Notes under the pieces: model-generated
Told to the model about the DNA's origin: nothing
What the model saw: only the letters and a program-made list of their open reading frames with translations
Database searches by the model: none
Source of the DNA: an uncultured Gammaproteobacteria bacterium
GTDB lineage: Bacteria; Patescibacteriota; Microgenomatia; Levybacterales; UBA12049
Length of the DNA stretch: 64,000 nucleotides
Reading direction: 5' to 3'
Assembly (NCBI GenBank): GCA_964416505.1
Contig: CAYQEJ010000002.1
Location: 968-64,967, forward strand
Program-made: the position numbers and the translations under genes
Part shown: one piece after another, positions 17,607-28,779 of the stretch
Position numbering within the stretch: position 1 is the first letter of the stretch
Layout of the letters: every line of letters starts with the position of its first letter

Positions 17607-19549
17607 TGAATATAAAAATAATTGATTCTTGGTTAAGAGAATTTCTGAAAACGAAGGCGAATGCTAATGAAATAGCTAAAGAACTTTCTTTAACATCGGT
17701 TTCAGTAGAACGTGTCGAAAAAAAAGGGAATGATTATATTTACGACATTGAGGTTACAACTAACAGAGCAGACCTTATGTGTGTTGAAGGTATTGCCCGA
17801 GAAGCATCTGCCGTCTTACCCCAGCAAGGCACTGCGGCAGAATATATTTCTCATAAATCTCCAAAGGTTGAAGGCGGAAATATTTCTTTTCCTATCGAAA
17901 TAATAAATGATCCAAAACTAGTTAACAGAATAATGGCAGTAGTTATGGAAGTTGAAATTGGAGAAAGCCCTAAGGAAATTAAGGAAAGATTGGAAACTAG
18001 CGGAATTAGAAGCTTAAATAATGTGATCGATGTCACAAATTATATTATGCGAGAAGTAGGTCACCCGGCGCATGTTTTTGATTATGATCTTCTAGATACT
18101 AAGAAAATGATTATAAGAGAATCTAAAGATGGAGAAGAACTAACAACTTTAGATGGCAAAAAATACAGATTAAGCGGCGGAGATATAGTAGCGGACAATT
18201 CGCGCGGAGAAATCATAGATCTTCTAGGAGTAATGGGAACAAAAAATTCTGTAGTTCAAAACAGCACTAAAAGAATATTATTTTTCTTAGATAATAATAA
18301 TCCTAAAAAAATTAGAAACACTTCTATGAATCTTGGAATAAGAACTGAAGCAGCAATAATAAATGAAAAGGGAATTGACCCCGAGCTAATGGAAGAAGCA
18401 TTCAAAAGAGGTGTTGAGCTTTATAAAAAAATCGCAAAAGGAAAAGTTGTTTCAAAAGTTTTGGATATTTATCCAAACAAATCAAAAACTCATATCATTA
18501 AAGTTTCAATAGAAAAGATAAACAAAATAATAGGCGTAGAAGTTCCTGTTAATAAATCAGTAGAGATTTTAAAAAACTTGGGGTTTGAGACAAAGAAAAC
18601 TGATAGATATTTAGAGGTAGTTGTACCAACCGTTAGATCCAGTGAAGTATTGATCGAAGAAGATGTCATAGAAGAGATAGCAAGAGTTTATGGATATCAT
18701 AAATTACCAAGTATAATTCCAACATTTTTAAACAATAAAAATAAAACTTATTTAGATAATTTTTTTATTGAAGAAAGAATTAAAAATTCATTAAAATATT
18801 GGGGATATACTGAAGTTTACAATTATTCACTTATTTCAGAAGATCTATTTGACGGACCCATAGAGAAAGCGGTAAAAATTAAAAATCCACTATCTTCCGA
18901 TATGGAATATTTAAGGAATAGTCTCATTCCAGGAATGCTTCAGGTTATAGAAAATAACAAAAGCAGAGACGTAATAAAAATTTTTGAACTTTCAAATACT
19001 TACCAGAAAACAGACTTACTCCCACAGGAAAAATTAATGCTTGGTGGAATTTTAAAAAAACCAAATGTATCTTTTTTTGAAATAAAAGGTGTTATCGAAG
19101 TTTTATTAGAAGATTTAGGAATAAAAAATTATAAATTTAAAGAAAGAAAAGATGAAGTAGGTGCATATATACATATTGGAACTGACGAATTAGGATATAT
19201 AGAAGTTTTAAGCGGGAATGTTTTAGATTTTGAACTTTCTATGGATGTAATAATCAAACATGCAACTCTTAAAAAAATATACAAACCTATCGCTAAATTT
19301 CCTCCCGTTGTTGAAGATATTACATTTGTTCTTAACGAAACATCCAATACGGAAGAGGTCATAGAAGAAATAAAACTTCAGAGTTTTTTAATATCTGACG
19401 TAACCCTTAAAGACCAATATGAAAATGCAAAAACATTCCATATCGTTTACCAAGCACCTGACAAAAACTTAACTAGCGAAGATGTAAAAGAGATTAGGGA
19501 ACAAATTATAAAATCAATTACCAATAAATTTAAGGCGATTGTGAAATAG
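17606..19549 (+). CDS. pheT: phenylalanyl-tRNA synthetase beta subunit (short form)
   Basis: Immediately follows pheS with ATGA overlap. tRNA-binding, B3/B4 and B5 core regions are recognisable. 647 aa. Confidence 0.85.
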   Translation: MNIKIIDSWLREFLKTKANANEIAKELSLTSVSVERVEKKGNDYIYDIEVTTNRADLMCVEGIAREASAVLPQQGTAAEYISHKSPKVEGGNISFPIEIINDPKLVNRIMAVVMEVEIGESPKEIKERLETSGIRSLNNVIDVTNYIMREVGHPAHVFDYDLLDTKKMIIRESKDGEELTTLDGKKYRLSGGDIVADNSRGEIIDLLGVMGTKNSVVQNSTKRILFFLDNNNPKKIRNTSMNLGIRTEAAIINEKGIDPELMEEAFKRGVELYKKIAKGKVVSKVLDIYPNKSKTHIIKVSIEKINKIIGVEVPVNKSVEILKNLGFETKKTDRYLEVVVPTVRSSEVLIEEDVIEEIARVYGYHKLPSIIPTFLNNKNKTYLDNFFIEERIKNSLKYWGYTEVYNYSLISEDLFDGPIEKAVKIKNPLSSDMEYLRNSLIPGMLQVIENNKSRDVIKIFELSNTYQKTDLLPQEKLMLGGILKKPNVSFFEIKGVIEVLLEDLGIKNYKFKERKDEVGAYIHIGTDELGYIEVLSGNVLDFELSMDVIIKHATLKKIYKPIAKFPPVVEDITFVLNETSNTEEVIEEIKLQSFLISDVTLKDQYENAKTFHIVYQAPDKNLTSEDVKEIREQIIKSITNKFKAIVK

Positions 19550-21785
19550 TTGGAGAGTTTCCGCTATCCCCAGATCCTGTAATTTCAGAAGGTGGATGAT
19601 ATAAAGAGTCATCTTTATGATTTTGCTCAATCCAAGCATCAATTCCTTGCTGCCATCTGTTAATTCCATCTGTCGAAACTGGATCTGATTCTCTTATCCA
19701 AAGATAGACTTTATCATCCTTTTTCTTATAAATTGGTGACTCCGAAGTTGGCTCAGTTCCCTTAACGAAATACTCTGATCTTGTTGGCTTCCCGGATGTA
19801 GGCATTCCTCCACCTACAGTATCTACCTGTACAGCAACCACATTATCTGGTTTTTTAAATTCTTCCTTTTTCTTTACTTCCAACGCTTCAAGCATTATTT
19901 TTCTCCAAATAGGGGAGGCTCCAGTTACACCCGATGCAATCGCAGGATTCATGGGGCTGTTATCGTTATTTCCAACCCATACTCCAACTACGACTCCAGG
20001 AGTATATCCAATTGTCCAATTATCTCTTTTTTCATCAGTTGTTCCTGTCTTTACTGCAACTCCAGGAATATTTAATGCTGAATTTGGACCAAATGCATCG
20101 CTTCTGGCATTATTATCTAAGAGAATATGAGATATCAAAAATGCTATTTCTTCAGATAAAACCTTTTGCCCTTTCTTTTCCTTATACTTATATAAAGTTT
20201 TACCTTTTGCGTCCTTTACTTCAAGGATAGTTACCGGCTCCTGCTTTATCCCTTTGTTAGCAAAAACACTATACGCTGTAACTTCATCCATCAGAGAAAC
20301 TTCACGTCCTCCAAGAACTAAAGAAAGCCCTACATTCTGCATGTTTGCGTTAGTCGGTTCCCAATTATCGAGACCCATTTCATATCCTTTCTCCATCACA
20401 TCTTTTATCCCAACTTTTGCAAGCATTTTTACAGCGGGTATGTTAAGAGAATTTCCCAATGCAAATCTTACCTGAACTGGACCTCTAAATTTCCCATCAT
20501 AATTAACGGGAGTATACATACCACCACTTCCATTTGGAAACTCAGTTTTTACATCCATAAGCATAGTAGAAGGTGAGTAACCTTTTTCAAAAGATGCTGC
20601 ATACACAACTGGCTTCAGAGAAGAACCTGGCTGACGATTAGCTAAAGCAACATTAAAATTCCCGTCAGATTTTTCGTCAAAATAATCTTTACTTCCTACC
20701 ATCGTAAGAACCTCGCCTGTTTTTGGATCTATTACCATTGCCGCTCCATTTCCCACTTTATAACCCTTTAGTTTTTCTATTTCTGTTTTTACGATATCTT
20801 CAGATTTTTGCTGAAGCTCATAATCCAACGTAGTTTTTACTTGAAGACCACCTGTCTCAACCAACGATTCGCCAAATTGAGAAGCCAATATTTGCTTTAC
20901 ATAAATTACGAAATGTGGCGCTTTCATAGAAACTGCATCTCTTTTTGTGAATTTCATTTTCTTAATTTCTTCAAGAGCTTTAGTTTCTTGATCCTTACTG
21001 ATATATCCCTGCTCGCGCATACTTTTCAGCACGACACGGCTTCTAGCAATATAGTAATCATTTCCTGAAAATGGTGAATATGCACTAGGACTCTGGGGAA
21101 GACCGGCTAGAAGTGCACTTTGTGCTAAGTTGAGATCTTTAACTTTTTTTCCAAAATATGATTCTGATGCAGCTTCTACGCCAATTGCTGTTCCTCCATA
21201 AGGCACATCATTTAGATACATTTCCAAAACCTCTTCTTTTGTATATCTCTTATCTACTTGAATAGACAAGACAAGTTCTTTAACTTTTCTAGGAAGTGAT
21301 CTTTCTGAAGTTAACAAAACATTTTTAACAAGCTGCTGAGTAATTGTGGATCCTCCCGTAACACGCCTTCTAAAAATTGGATCAATTACTAATCCTCTAA
21401 AATAACCAGTTATAGAAAATCCCTTGTTCTTATAAAAATTTTTATCTTCAACTGCTATTGTTGCTTCTTGAAGATATTTTGGAATCTCTGGAAGCTCTAC
21501 ATAAGTTCTATTTATATTTTCATAAACAGAATAAAGGGGGACGTCATTCCTATCATAAATTCTCGTAGAATTTTCTGCTTGGGCCTCAATTAATTTTCCA
21601 GGTTCTGGTAGATCACGACTAAACCAGAAAAACATGAGAACCATCATGATAATTCCCCCGACTAGTGCAATTAATGCATAACGAGATAATTTTGAGTAGA
21701 GGACTATTTTATTTGGAAGGCGACTACCACTTCGAGACCTTATTCGGGTTCTTTGCCTTCTGGAACGAGATCCATAATCGACCAT
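19530..21785 (-). CDS. class A penicillin-binding protein (glycosyltransferase + transpeptidase, PBP1A-like)
   Basis: N-terminal TM. GT51 motifs EDKNFYKNKGF, GGSTITQQLVKN. Transpeptidase STMLM-type SxxK, SxN, KTGT. Gly/Ser-rich C-terminal tail. Confidence 0.85.
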   Translation of the reverse strand: MVDYGSRSRRQRTRIRSRSGSRLPNKIVLYSKLSRYALIALVGGIIMMVLMFFWFSRDLPEPGKLIEAQAENSTRIYDRNDVPLYSVYENINRTYVELPEIPKYLQEATIAVEDKNFYKNKGFSITGYFRGLVIDPIFRRRVTGGSTITQQLVKNVLLTSERSLPRKVKELVLSIQVDKRYTKEEVLEMYLNDVPYGGTAIGVEAASESYFGKKVKDLNLAQSALLAGLPQSPSAYSPFSGNDYYIARSRVVLKSMREQGYISKDQETKALEEIKKMKFTKRDAVSMKAPHFVIYVKQILASQFGESLVETGGLQVKTTLDYELQQKSEDIVKTEIEKLKGYKVGNGAAMVIDPKTGEVLTMVGSKDYFDEKSDGNFNVALANRQPGSSLKPVVYAASFEKGYSPSTMLMDVKTEFPNGSGGMYTPVNYDGKFRGPVQVRFALGNSLNIPAVKMLAKVGIKDVMEKGYEMGLDNWEPTNANMQNVGLSLVLGGREVSLMDEVTAYSVFANKGIKQEPVTILEVKDAKGKTLYKYKEKKGQKVLSEEIAFLISHILLDNNARSDAFGPNSALNIPGVAVKTGTTDEKRDNWTIGYTPGVVVGVWVGNNDNSPMNPAIASGVTGASPIWRKIMLEALEVKKKEEFKKPDNVVAVQVDTVGGGMPTSGKPTRSEYFVKGTEPTSESPIYKKKDDKVYLWIRESDPVSTDGINRWQQGIDAWIEQNHKDDSLYHPPSEITGSGDSGNSPTISQSP

Positions 21786-21840
21786 TTTGTATCATTAATT
21801 ATATCAAACTTCAAATAATTTATGCTATACTCAAGCCTAT

Positions 21841-22986
21841 ATGGACGATCTATTAACGAGGGGCGTAGCGAATATAATTCCAGGTCAAAATGAACTTGAA
21901 AAGGTATTAAAAACAGGCAAAAAACTAAACATATACATCGGCATAGATCCAACAGCAACAAAAATCCATTTAGGCCATGCATTGCCACTAAGAAAACTTC
22001 AGGAATTCGCAAAATTAGGACACAATATTACTTTTTTAATCGGTGATTTCACTGCTCTTATTGGAGACACATCGGATAAAGATTCAGAAAGACCTTCTCT
22101 AACCAGTGAAGAAATTAAAGAAAATTTTCAGTCTTACAAAGAACAAGCTGAGAAAATTCTGGATTTTTCAAAAATAAAAGTAAGATTTAATAGCGAGTGG
22201 CTTTCAAAACTCTCATTTGAAGAAATAATAAAACTTTCTCAAAATTTTTCCGTAGGTGATTTTGTTGGAAGAGAACTGATCAAAAAAAGACTTGCTGAAG
22301 GGAAAAGGGTAGGACTTCATGAATTTATGTATCCGGTAATGCAGGGCTATGATAGTTATTTTATGGATACAGACATACAGATAGGCGGAGCCGATCAAAT
22401 CTTTAATATGCAGGCGGGTAGAATACTCCAAAAGAATTTAAGAAATAAAGACAGTTTTGTATTATGCACTGATTACCTCTTGGGAACAGATGGGAGAAAA
22501 ATGAGCAAAAGCTGGGGTAATGCAATTTGGCTTAGCGATGAACCTAAAGATATGTACAGAAAAGTTATGGCAATAAACGATGATCAAATAAAAAATTATT
22601 TTGTCCTTGCTACCAACTTACCATTGTCAGAAATTCCATCAGATGAAGAAATAAAAAATAATCCTCTAGAAATTAAGAAAAAATTGGCAAACATAATAGT
22701 TTCCGATCTTCATTCAACAAAAGATGCAGAAATCGCAAGGAATTTTTTTGAAGGAAGAACAGAAGAAGAAATTCGAACTGTAAAATTTGATTCAAACCTA
22801 AATTCATCAGTTCTGGACGTAATTATAAACGCTGGATTATTAAATAGCTCTTCCGAAGTAAAAAGAAAGTTTTCTGAAAAAGGAATAAAAATAAATGATG
22901 AAATTCCAGAAAACTTGAAGACAATTCCACTCGAAGGAGATATAATTAGCGTAGGAAGAAATAAAATAAAACTTATAAAAAGCTAA
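21841..22986 (+). CDS. tyrS: tyrosyl-tRNA synthetase
   Basis: HLGH (IHLGHALPL), LIGDTSDK and KMSKS motifs, plus a C-terminal S4-like domain. Confidence 0.85.
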   Translation: MDDLLTRGVANIIPGQNELEKVLKTGKKLNIYIGIDPTATKIHLGHALPLRKLQEFAKLGHNITFLIGDFTALIGDTSDKDSERPSLTSEEIKENFQSYKEQAEKILDFSKIKVRFNSEWLSKLSFEEIIKLSQNFSVGDFVGRELIKKRLAEGKRVGLHEFMYPVMQGYDSYFMDTDIQIGGADQIFNMQAGRILQKNLRNKDSFVLCTDYLLGTDGRKMSKSWGNAIWLSDEPKDMYRKVMAINDDQIKNYFVLATNLPLSEIPSDEEIKNNPLEIKKKLANIIVSDLHSTKDAEIARNFFEGRTEEEIRTVKFDSNLNSSVLDVIINAGLLNSSSEVKRKFSEKGIKINDEIPENLKTIPLEGDIISVGRNKIKLIKS

Positions 22987-23092
22987 TATGGACTTGGAAA
23001 GAAAACATAGAGTGATCCTTATAATAATTACATCGTTTGTAGTAATTTCTCTTATTGCATCCTCAATTCTTCCTTTTATAATTCAATAATCT

Positions 23093-25111
23093 ATGTCAGG
23101 GCTTCAAACAAATATTCGCTCCCTGGGAGGAGTTTATAAAAGATATTCAACACTTCTTGAGAAACTGGGAATAATAAAACTGGAAGATTTTTTATATCAT
23201 ATTCCTTTTAGATATGACGATTATTCTTTAATTTCTAAAATCTCAGATATTCAAGCCGGAGAGATTGTAACGATAAGAGGGGAAGTAATTGACATAAAAA
23301 ATCAATATACTAGACGAGGCTTTACTCTTCAAAAAGCAAAAATAAAAGACGAAACAGGAACTATAAATGCCACTTGGTTTAATCAACCCTATATACCCAA
23401 AAGCATCTCGGAAGGGGATAAGATTTCGCTATCTGGAAAAGTAGATTTTAACGCGGGAAAACTTGAATTAAAATCTCCGGATTACGAAATTGGTGAAAAA
23501 GATTTTATTCACACAGGAAGACTTGTTCCCATTTATCCTGAAACCAGAGGACTAACTTCTAAATGGATACGAAGACAGGTCTTTAAAATTTTAAATGAAA
23601 GTAAAAATGATTTATCTGATTTTTTACCAAAAGAGATAAAAGAAAGAAATAATCTCGAGGATCTTTATGATTCTTTTAGAATGACTCATTTTCCAGAGAA
23701 TTTTGAAGAAGCAAAATTAGGAAAACAAAGACTTTCTTTTGATGAACTTTTTTTAACCCAAACTTCAGGTCTTTTAAAAAAAGAAGAATGGCAAAAAAAT
23801 TTAAAAGGTTATAAATTTAACTTTTTAAAACACAAAGAAAATATCGATAAACTTATAGAAGGTCTGCCTTTCGAATTAACAAACGCTCAAAAAAGAACGA
23901 TCGAAGAAATTTTCAAAGATTTGTCTCTGGAAAAACCAATGAACAGACTTCTTGAAGGAGATGTAGGTAGTGGAAAGACAGTCGTAGCTGCTATATCAAT
24001 TTATTTGGCATATTTAAACGGATTCCAATCTGTTCTAATGGCTCCAACGGAAATACTTGCAAACCAACACCTAAAGACTATTTCAAATTTATTATCTCCA
24101 TTAAAAATAAAGATTGGATTTGCAACAGGTGCAAAAAAAGAAAACATAGAAGACTTTGATATCCTAATTGGAACTCACGCAGTAATAGTAGAAAAAATTA
24201 AATTTAAAAAACTTGGACTTGTGGTAATTGATGAACAACAACGATTCGGAGTAGAGCAGAGGGGCATTTTAAGAAAAAAAGGGAGCAATCCTCATCTCCT
24301 AACAATGACTGCAACACCTATTCCTAGAACCATAGCTCTAACAATGTATGGTGAACTTTCGCTTTCAATTCTTGATGAAATGCCAAAAGGTAGAAAAATC
24401 ATAAAAACTTGGTTGGTTCCAAAAGAAAAAAGACTAAATGCTTACGAATGGATAAAAAAAGAAATAAAAGGGAAGGGAAGTCAGGTTTTTATTGTTTGTC
24501 CTTTTATTGAAGAATCTGAAACCATGCAGACAGTTAAGGCAGCAACTAAAGAATTTGAAGTTTTGAAAAAAAGTATTTTTAAAGATTTTAAACTAGCGCT
24601 CCTACATGGAAAATTAAAATCTAAAGAAAAACAGGAAGTTCTGACAGATTTTAGAAATAAAAAATTTGATATTTTAGTAGCTACTCCAGTTGTAGAAGTC
24701 GGAATTGATATCCCCAATGCAGACATAATCCTAATTGAGGCTTCTGAAAGATTTGGCTTATCGCAGCTTCATCAGTTAAGAGGACGTGTTGGCAGAAATG
24801 ATAGGCAAGCATATTGTCTTCTTTTTACAGAAAGCCTAAATCCTATGACCATAGAAAGATTGAAGGCGATGGAAAAAACAAACGTTGGAGCGGTTTTAGC
24901 TGAGCTAGATTTAAAATTAAGAGGCCCGGGGGAAATTTTTGGAACAGAACAATCAGGCAGAAAATTTTTAAAGATCGCTAATTTTTCTGATTTTGAACTT
25001 ATTAAAAAAACTAAAAAAGAAGCTGATAAAATTGTGAAAGAAATTGACAAATACGCACTTCTTAAAGAAAAAGTCTTAAAAATAAGCGGCAAAGAAGTCA
25101 GCCCTGATTAG
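23093..25111 (+). CDS. recG: ATP-dependent DNA helicase RecG
   Basis: N-terminal wedge/OB domain. Helicase motifs GDVGSGKT, DEQQRFGV, TATPIPRT, QLHQLRGRVGR. Confidence 0.85.
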   Translation: MSGLQTNIRSLGGVYKRYSTLLEKLGIIKLEDFLYHIPFRYDDYSLISKISDIQAGEIVTIRGEVIDIKNQYTRRGFTLQKAKIKDETGTINATWFNQPYIPKSISEGDKISLSGKVDFNAGKLELKSPDYEIGEKDFIHTGRLVPIYPETRGLTSKWIRRQVFKILNESKNDLSDFLPKEIKERNNLEDLYDSFRMTHFPENFEEAKLGKQRLSFDELFLTQTSGLLKKEEWQKNLKGYKFNFLKHKENIDKLIEGLPFELTNAQKRTIEEIFKDLSLEKPMNRLLEGDVGSGKTVVAAISIYLAYLNGFQSVLMAPTEILANQHLKTISNLLSPLKIKIGFATGAKKENIEDFDILIGTHAVIVEKIKFKKLGLVVIDEQQRFGVEQRGILRKKGSNPHLLTMTATPIPRTIALTMYGELSLSILDEMPKGRKIIKTWLVPKEKRLNAYEWIKKEIKGKGSQVFIVCPFIEESETMQTVKAATKEFEVLKKSIFKDFKLALLHGKLKSKEKQEVLTDFRNKKFDILVATPVVEVGIDIPNADIILIEASERFGLSQLHQLRGRVGRNDRQAYCLLFTESLNPMTIERLKAMEKTNVGAVLAELDLKLRGPGEIFGTEQSGRKFLKIANFSDFELIKKTKKEADKIVKEIDKYALLKEKVLKISGKEVSPD

Positions 25112-25150
25112 ATCTTTGCAAATAGCCGTGATTTAAGGTAAAATACGCAT

Positions 25151-25357
25151 ATGGCTGGTGAACCAAAAAGAAGACATTCTAGACAAAGGAAAGGAAAAAG
25201 AAGAGCGAGTATTTCGCTTAGCATTCCTAACGCAGTTGTTTGCCCAAATTGTGGCGTCATGAACGTAGCGCATGCAATTTGCAAGAATTGTGGTTTTTAC
25301 AAAGGAAAAGAATATATTTCTAAGTCAGAAAAGAAAACAGAAGTTGCCAATTCATAA
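25151..25357 (+). CDS. rpmF: 50S ribosomal protein L32
   Basis: MAGEPKRRHSRQRKGKRRA... N-terminus and CPNCG...CKNCG zinc-ribbon. Confidence 0.8.
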   Translation: MAGEPKRRHSRQRKGKRRASISLSIPNAVVCPNCGVMNVAHAICKNCGFYKGKEYISKSEKKTEVANS

Positions 25358-25723
25358 ATGAAAACTGCGCTTGACCCTCGCCACAGGAGAAGGCAAAAAA
25401 TAGTTGAGGACCTCTTTAAAGTTGAATTTCACAAACAGCCAATTACAGCTCCCTCAAAAGAAGTCATGAACGAATTAAAACTGATTGATGAGAAAATCAC
25501 AGTTGCTGCACCTGAATTTCCAATTGATAAAATTAATAAGGTTGATTTAGCAATTTTAAGATTAGCAATATACGAACTTCTAATCTCGAAAAAAGAACCA
25601 CCAAAAGTTATAATTGATGAAGCCATAGAACTTGCAAAAGAATATGGTGGAGAAACAAGCCCTGCATTTATAAATGGTGCATTGGGTAAGATAATAGAAA
25701 ATGACAAATCTTCCAAAAATTAA
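25358..25723 (+). CDS. nusB: transcription antitermination factor NusB
   Basis: [11 protein letters not shown]..., [40 protein letters not shown] are NusB family hallmarks. Confidence 0.75.
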   Translation: MKTALDPRHRRRQKIVEDLFKVEFHKQPITAPSKEVMNELKLIDEKITVAAPEFPIDKINKVDLAILRLAIYELLISKKEPPKVIIDEAIELAKEYGGETSPAFINGALGKIIENDKSSKN

Positions 25724-26363
25724 TAATCAAATTCTTTTCGAAGAATCTCTAACTCATCGTTCTTATTTAAACGAATCGAAAATAAAAGTTAATTCTAATG
25801 AAAGATTAGAATTTTTAGGAGATAGTATTTTATCGCTTATAGTTTCAACTTATCTTTTTAAAAATTACCCTGAATACAACGAAGGAAAATTAACAAATTT
25901 AAGATCTCTTCTCGTCAACACAAAAACGCTTGCGGAAATCGCTTTAGAGTATGATTTAGGCAGCAGATTAAGACTTTCAAAAGGAGAAGAAGAATCTGGA
26001 GGAAGAAAAAATCAAAGCTTACTAGCTGATGCACTGGAAGCATTTATAGGTGCACTATTTTTAGATCAGGGGATTGAAGAAGCTGGAAAGTTTATTGAAA
26101 CAGCAGTAATTCCAAGAACTGAAGCATTTATTGAAAAGAATATGCTTAAAGATCCCAAGAGCTTACTCCAAGAATATATTCAATCAAAAAAACAAGGTTC
26201 TCCCTTATATAAAGTCTTGGTCGAAGATGGTCCGGCGCATGCACGAATATTTACAGTTGGTGTGTATGTAGGAGAAAAATTAATTGGTCAAGGACTGGGA
26301 AAATCAAAGCAAGAAGCAGAGGAAAAATCAGCAGAAAAAGCTTTAGCAGATCTAAAGAAATAG
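25701..26363 (+). CDS. rnc: ribonuclease III
   Basis: LTHRSY...[11 protein letters not shown] catalytic signature plus C-terminal dsRBD. Confidence 0.85.
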   Translation: MTNLPKINNQILFEESLTHRSYLNESKIKVNSNERLEFLGDSILSLIVSTYLFKNYPEYNEGKLTNLRSLLVNTKTLAEIALEYDLGSRLRLSKGEEESGGRKNQSLLADALEAFIGALFLDQGIEEAGKFIETAVIPRTEAFIEKNMLKDPKSLLQEYIQSKKQGSPLYKVLVEDGPAHARIFTVGVYVGEKLIGQGLGKSKQEAEEKSAEKALADLKK

Positions 26364-26403
26364 ATTCTTTTCAAAAAGTTTAAAAAATGGTACAATTGAG
26401 CCT

Positions 26404-26634
26404 ATGTCATTAGTAATAAGACTCTCAAGAACGGGAAAAAGAGGAGAAAGAAAATTTAGAATTGTGGTTGCAGAAAAAAGATCGCGAAGAGAAGGCGATC
26501 CTATTGAGATGCTTGGATCTTTTGAAAAAGGAGCAAAAACATCTCCATCAAATCTTAAAAAAGACAGATTTGATTACTGGGTTTCTCAAGGCGCAAGACC
26601 AACTCCAACAGTTTCAGCTATCTTCAAAAAATGA
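26404..26634 (+). CDS. rpsP: 30S ribosomal protein S16
   Basis: MSLVIRLSRTGKRGERKFRIVVAEKRSRREGDPIE is a typical S16. Confidence 0.85.
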   Translation: MSLVIRLSRTGKRGERKFRIVVAEKRSRREGDPIEMLGSFEKGAKTSPSNLKKDRFDYWVSQGARPTPTVSAIFKK

Positions 26635-26864
26635 ATAAAACACTAACAGAAATTATCAAAGGAATAGTAGACAAACCAGAAGAAGTCATTGTCAACGAAG
26701 AAGAAAATCAGGGAATTGTAAATTTGACAATAAAAGTTTCTCCGGAAGATATGGGAAAAGTAATTGGCAAAGAAGGAAAAGTAATAAAAGCTATTAGAAA
26801 TTTAATGAGAATTCCTGGTGTCTTAGAAGGCAAAAAAATTTATATAAATCTTGCAGAAAATTAA
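26631..26864 (+). CDS. KH-domain RNA-binding protein (YlqC/UPF0109-like)
   Basis: Conserved rpsP-KH-trmD synteny. GKVIGKEGKVIKAIRNLMRI is a KH GXXG loop. Confidence 0.65.
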   Translation: MNKTLTEIIKGIVDKPEEVIVNEEENQGIVNLTIKVSPEDMGKVIGKEGKVIKAIRNLMRIPGVLEGKKIYINLAEN

Positions 26865-26884
26865 TTTTATTTTCTTAAGATTTT

Positions 26885-27550
26885 ATGAAAATTTCCATAC
26901 TCACATTATTCCCCCAAATGTTTCAAGGTCCCTTTGACTATTCCATCATTAAACGCGCCATAGACAAGGAACAAGTAGAGATAAATTTCATTGATATAAG
27001 AAATTTTGGAATCGGAAAACATAAAATAGTCGATGACAAACCATATGGTGGGGGAGTTGGTATGGTTCTAAAAATTGACGTTTTGGTAAATGCCCTAAAA
27101 AGCGTATTGGATAAAGATCTAGAAAAAGAGGAGCAAAAAATTATTTTAATGAGTGCCTCAGGAAAAACCTACAATCAAAGCAAAGCTAGGGAGTATTCAC
27201 AATTAAAACATTTAATTATTATTTGCGGGCATTACGAAGGAGTAGATGAAAGAATTTTAGAGTATATTGATGAAGAGATTTCGATAGGAGACTTCGTACT
27301 AACGGGTGGGGAGATTCCAGCCATGCTAATAATCGACAGTGTTACAAGGTTAATTCCTGAAGTACTTAAAGAAAATGCAACAAAATATGAATCCTTTTCT
27401 GAAGATCTTCTAGAACATCCTCAGTACACACGTCCTGAAGAATTTAACGGTCAAAAAGTTCCTGAAATTCTACTTTCAGGAAATCATAAAGAAATTGATA
27501 ATTGGAAAAAAGAAGAATCGATAAGAAAAACTAAGAAAAATAAATCCTAA
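26885..27550 (+). CDS. trmD: tRNA (guanine37-N1)-methyltransferase
   Basis: ILTLFPQMF, YGGGVGMVLKIDVL, IICGHYEGVDERI, VLTGGEIPAMLIIDSVTRLIP match TrmD SPOUT motifs. Confidence 0.9.
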   Translation: MKISILTLFPQMFQGPFDYSIIKRAIDKEQVEINFIDIRNFGIGKHKIVDDKPYGGGVGMVLKIDVLVNALKSVLDKDLEKEEQKIILMSASGKTYNQSKAREYSQLKHLIIICGHYEGVDERILEYIDEEISIGDFVLTGGEIPAMLIIDSVTRLIPEVLKENATKYESFSEDLLEHPQYTRPEEFNGQKVPEILLSGNHKEIDNWKKEESIRKTKKNKS

Positions 27551-28260
27551 AAAGGTGACCCTGAAGTTCTCGCAGAAGAGGAAGCATTTTCTTCAAAAAT
27601 TATTTCCCCGGTATTTGACTCATTCCAGTTTTTAATTTCGTTTAAAACTTTGCTTTGCTCAATAGTTAATGCCTTAAGTAGATTTCTGCTCTCTCCCTCT
27701 ACGATAGGAAAGGGTTTATAAAAAAAACTAATAGTGATTGTTGAATCACCCAAATCACTCTGAATACCTGTAACTTCGGAGATTGGAAATGTCTTATATA
27801 ATTCTTTGATAAAAGGAGTTGTCTCTCTAGCATCTCCTAAAATTGTTACCCTAAAATCAATTTTTAAATATTTCGAAGGTGTAGTACCGGAAACATCTAA
27901 ATTTTGAAATTGATAATTTTCTATTTGAGTTCCAGATAGTGCTGCCGCAGTTGAAATACCATTCAAAATCTCTTCAAATGATTTTGTCACAGGAAGTGTT
28001 TTCGTAACTAATTTAAGATTGGAATCTAGCTCATCATTGTCTTGTGATACTATAATTTGCTCTGTTTCTTTTATTTTATTTAATTTTTCATTTTCCAAAT
28101 CAACAGATTGTTTTTTTGCGGGAAAAGAAATCAATTGGGGTAGAATAAAAATAAAAAATAATACTATTGATACACCAATCGCGACAAAAGGAATTAGGTA
28201 ATCCTTATTTTCATAATATGCTAACTGCAAACTTTCTTTATTTATTTTATTTATATTCAT
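27547..28260 (-). CDS. pilO: type IV pilus assembly protein PilO-like
   Basis: Single N-terminal TM then coiled-coil. Position after pilM-pilN. Confidence 0.5.
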   Translation of the reverse strand: MNINKINKESLQLAYYENKDYLIPFVAIGVSIVLFFIFILPQLISFPAKKQSVDLENEKLNKIKETEQIIVSQDNDELDSNLKLVTKTLPVTKSFEEILNGISTAAALSGTQIENYQFQNLDVSGTTPSKYLKIDFRVTILGDARETTPFIKELYKTFPISEVTGIQSDLGDSTITISFFYKPFPIVEGESRNLLKALTIEQSKVLNEIKNWNESNTGEIIFEENASSSARTSGSPF

Positions 28261-28779
28261 TTAATTGATCGTTAATGCTACTGTGTAACCATCCGAACCC
28301 GACGTAAGTTGATTTAGCGTAACGGAATTTATTTTTCTAGATTTTGAAAGCTTTAATAAATAATTAATATAATTATTCATATCTAACAGCGACCTAGAAG
28401 TTACGGTCATTGCCGCTGAAGAATTATCAATTTTATATTCTTGTATAGAAATCACGCTTGGCATTTCTTGAAATATTAATTCCGTCTTTTCATGATATTT
28501 TTTTCTTTGAGAAATTATGCTCGTAATATCCGTTACTCTTTGGTTGAGTAGAAAAATCTTAGAAGCTGTTTCATCATAGGTAGACAACTCTTGAATTAAT
28601 TTATTTTGCTGATTCTTTACATAGTTTACTGAAAATCTTAAATTTATTAAAAATAAGATTACAGATAAAAGCGCAGTTATAATAAGAGCACTAAAAGAAA
28701 TTGCTTTTATCTTTTTTAATCTTTCGTCTCTAGATCCTTCGGAAGTCTTCTTTGTAACTAAGTTAATATCAATGCTCAT
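28261..28779 (-). CDS. pilN: type IV pilus assembly protein PilN-like
   Basis: Short cytoplasmic N-terminus, TM (ISFSALIITALLSVILFLI), periplasmic domain. Overlaps the pilM 3' end. Confidence 0.5.
   Translation of the reverse strand: MSIDINLVTKKTSEGSRDERLKKIKAISFSALIITALLSVILFLINLRFSVNYVKNQQNKLIQELSTYDETASKIFLLNQRVTDITSIISQRKKYHEKTELIFQEMPSVISIQEYKIDNSSAAMTVTSRSLLDMNNYINYLLKLSKSRKINSVTLNQLTSGSDGYTVALTIN

Noticed and set aside
22987-23088. 34-aa hydrophobic mini-ORF (MDLEERKHRVILIIITSFVVISLIASSILPFIIQ) between tyrS and recG
   Set aside because: Plausible small membrane peptide, but no RBS and no conservation evidence available. It is too short to support on composition alone.
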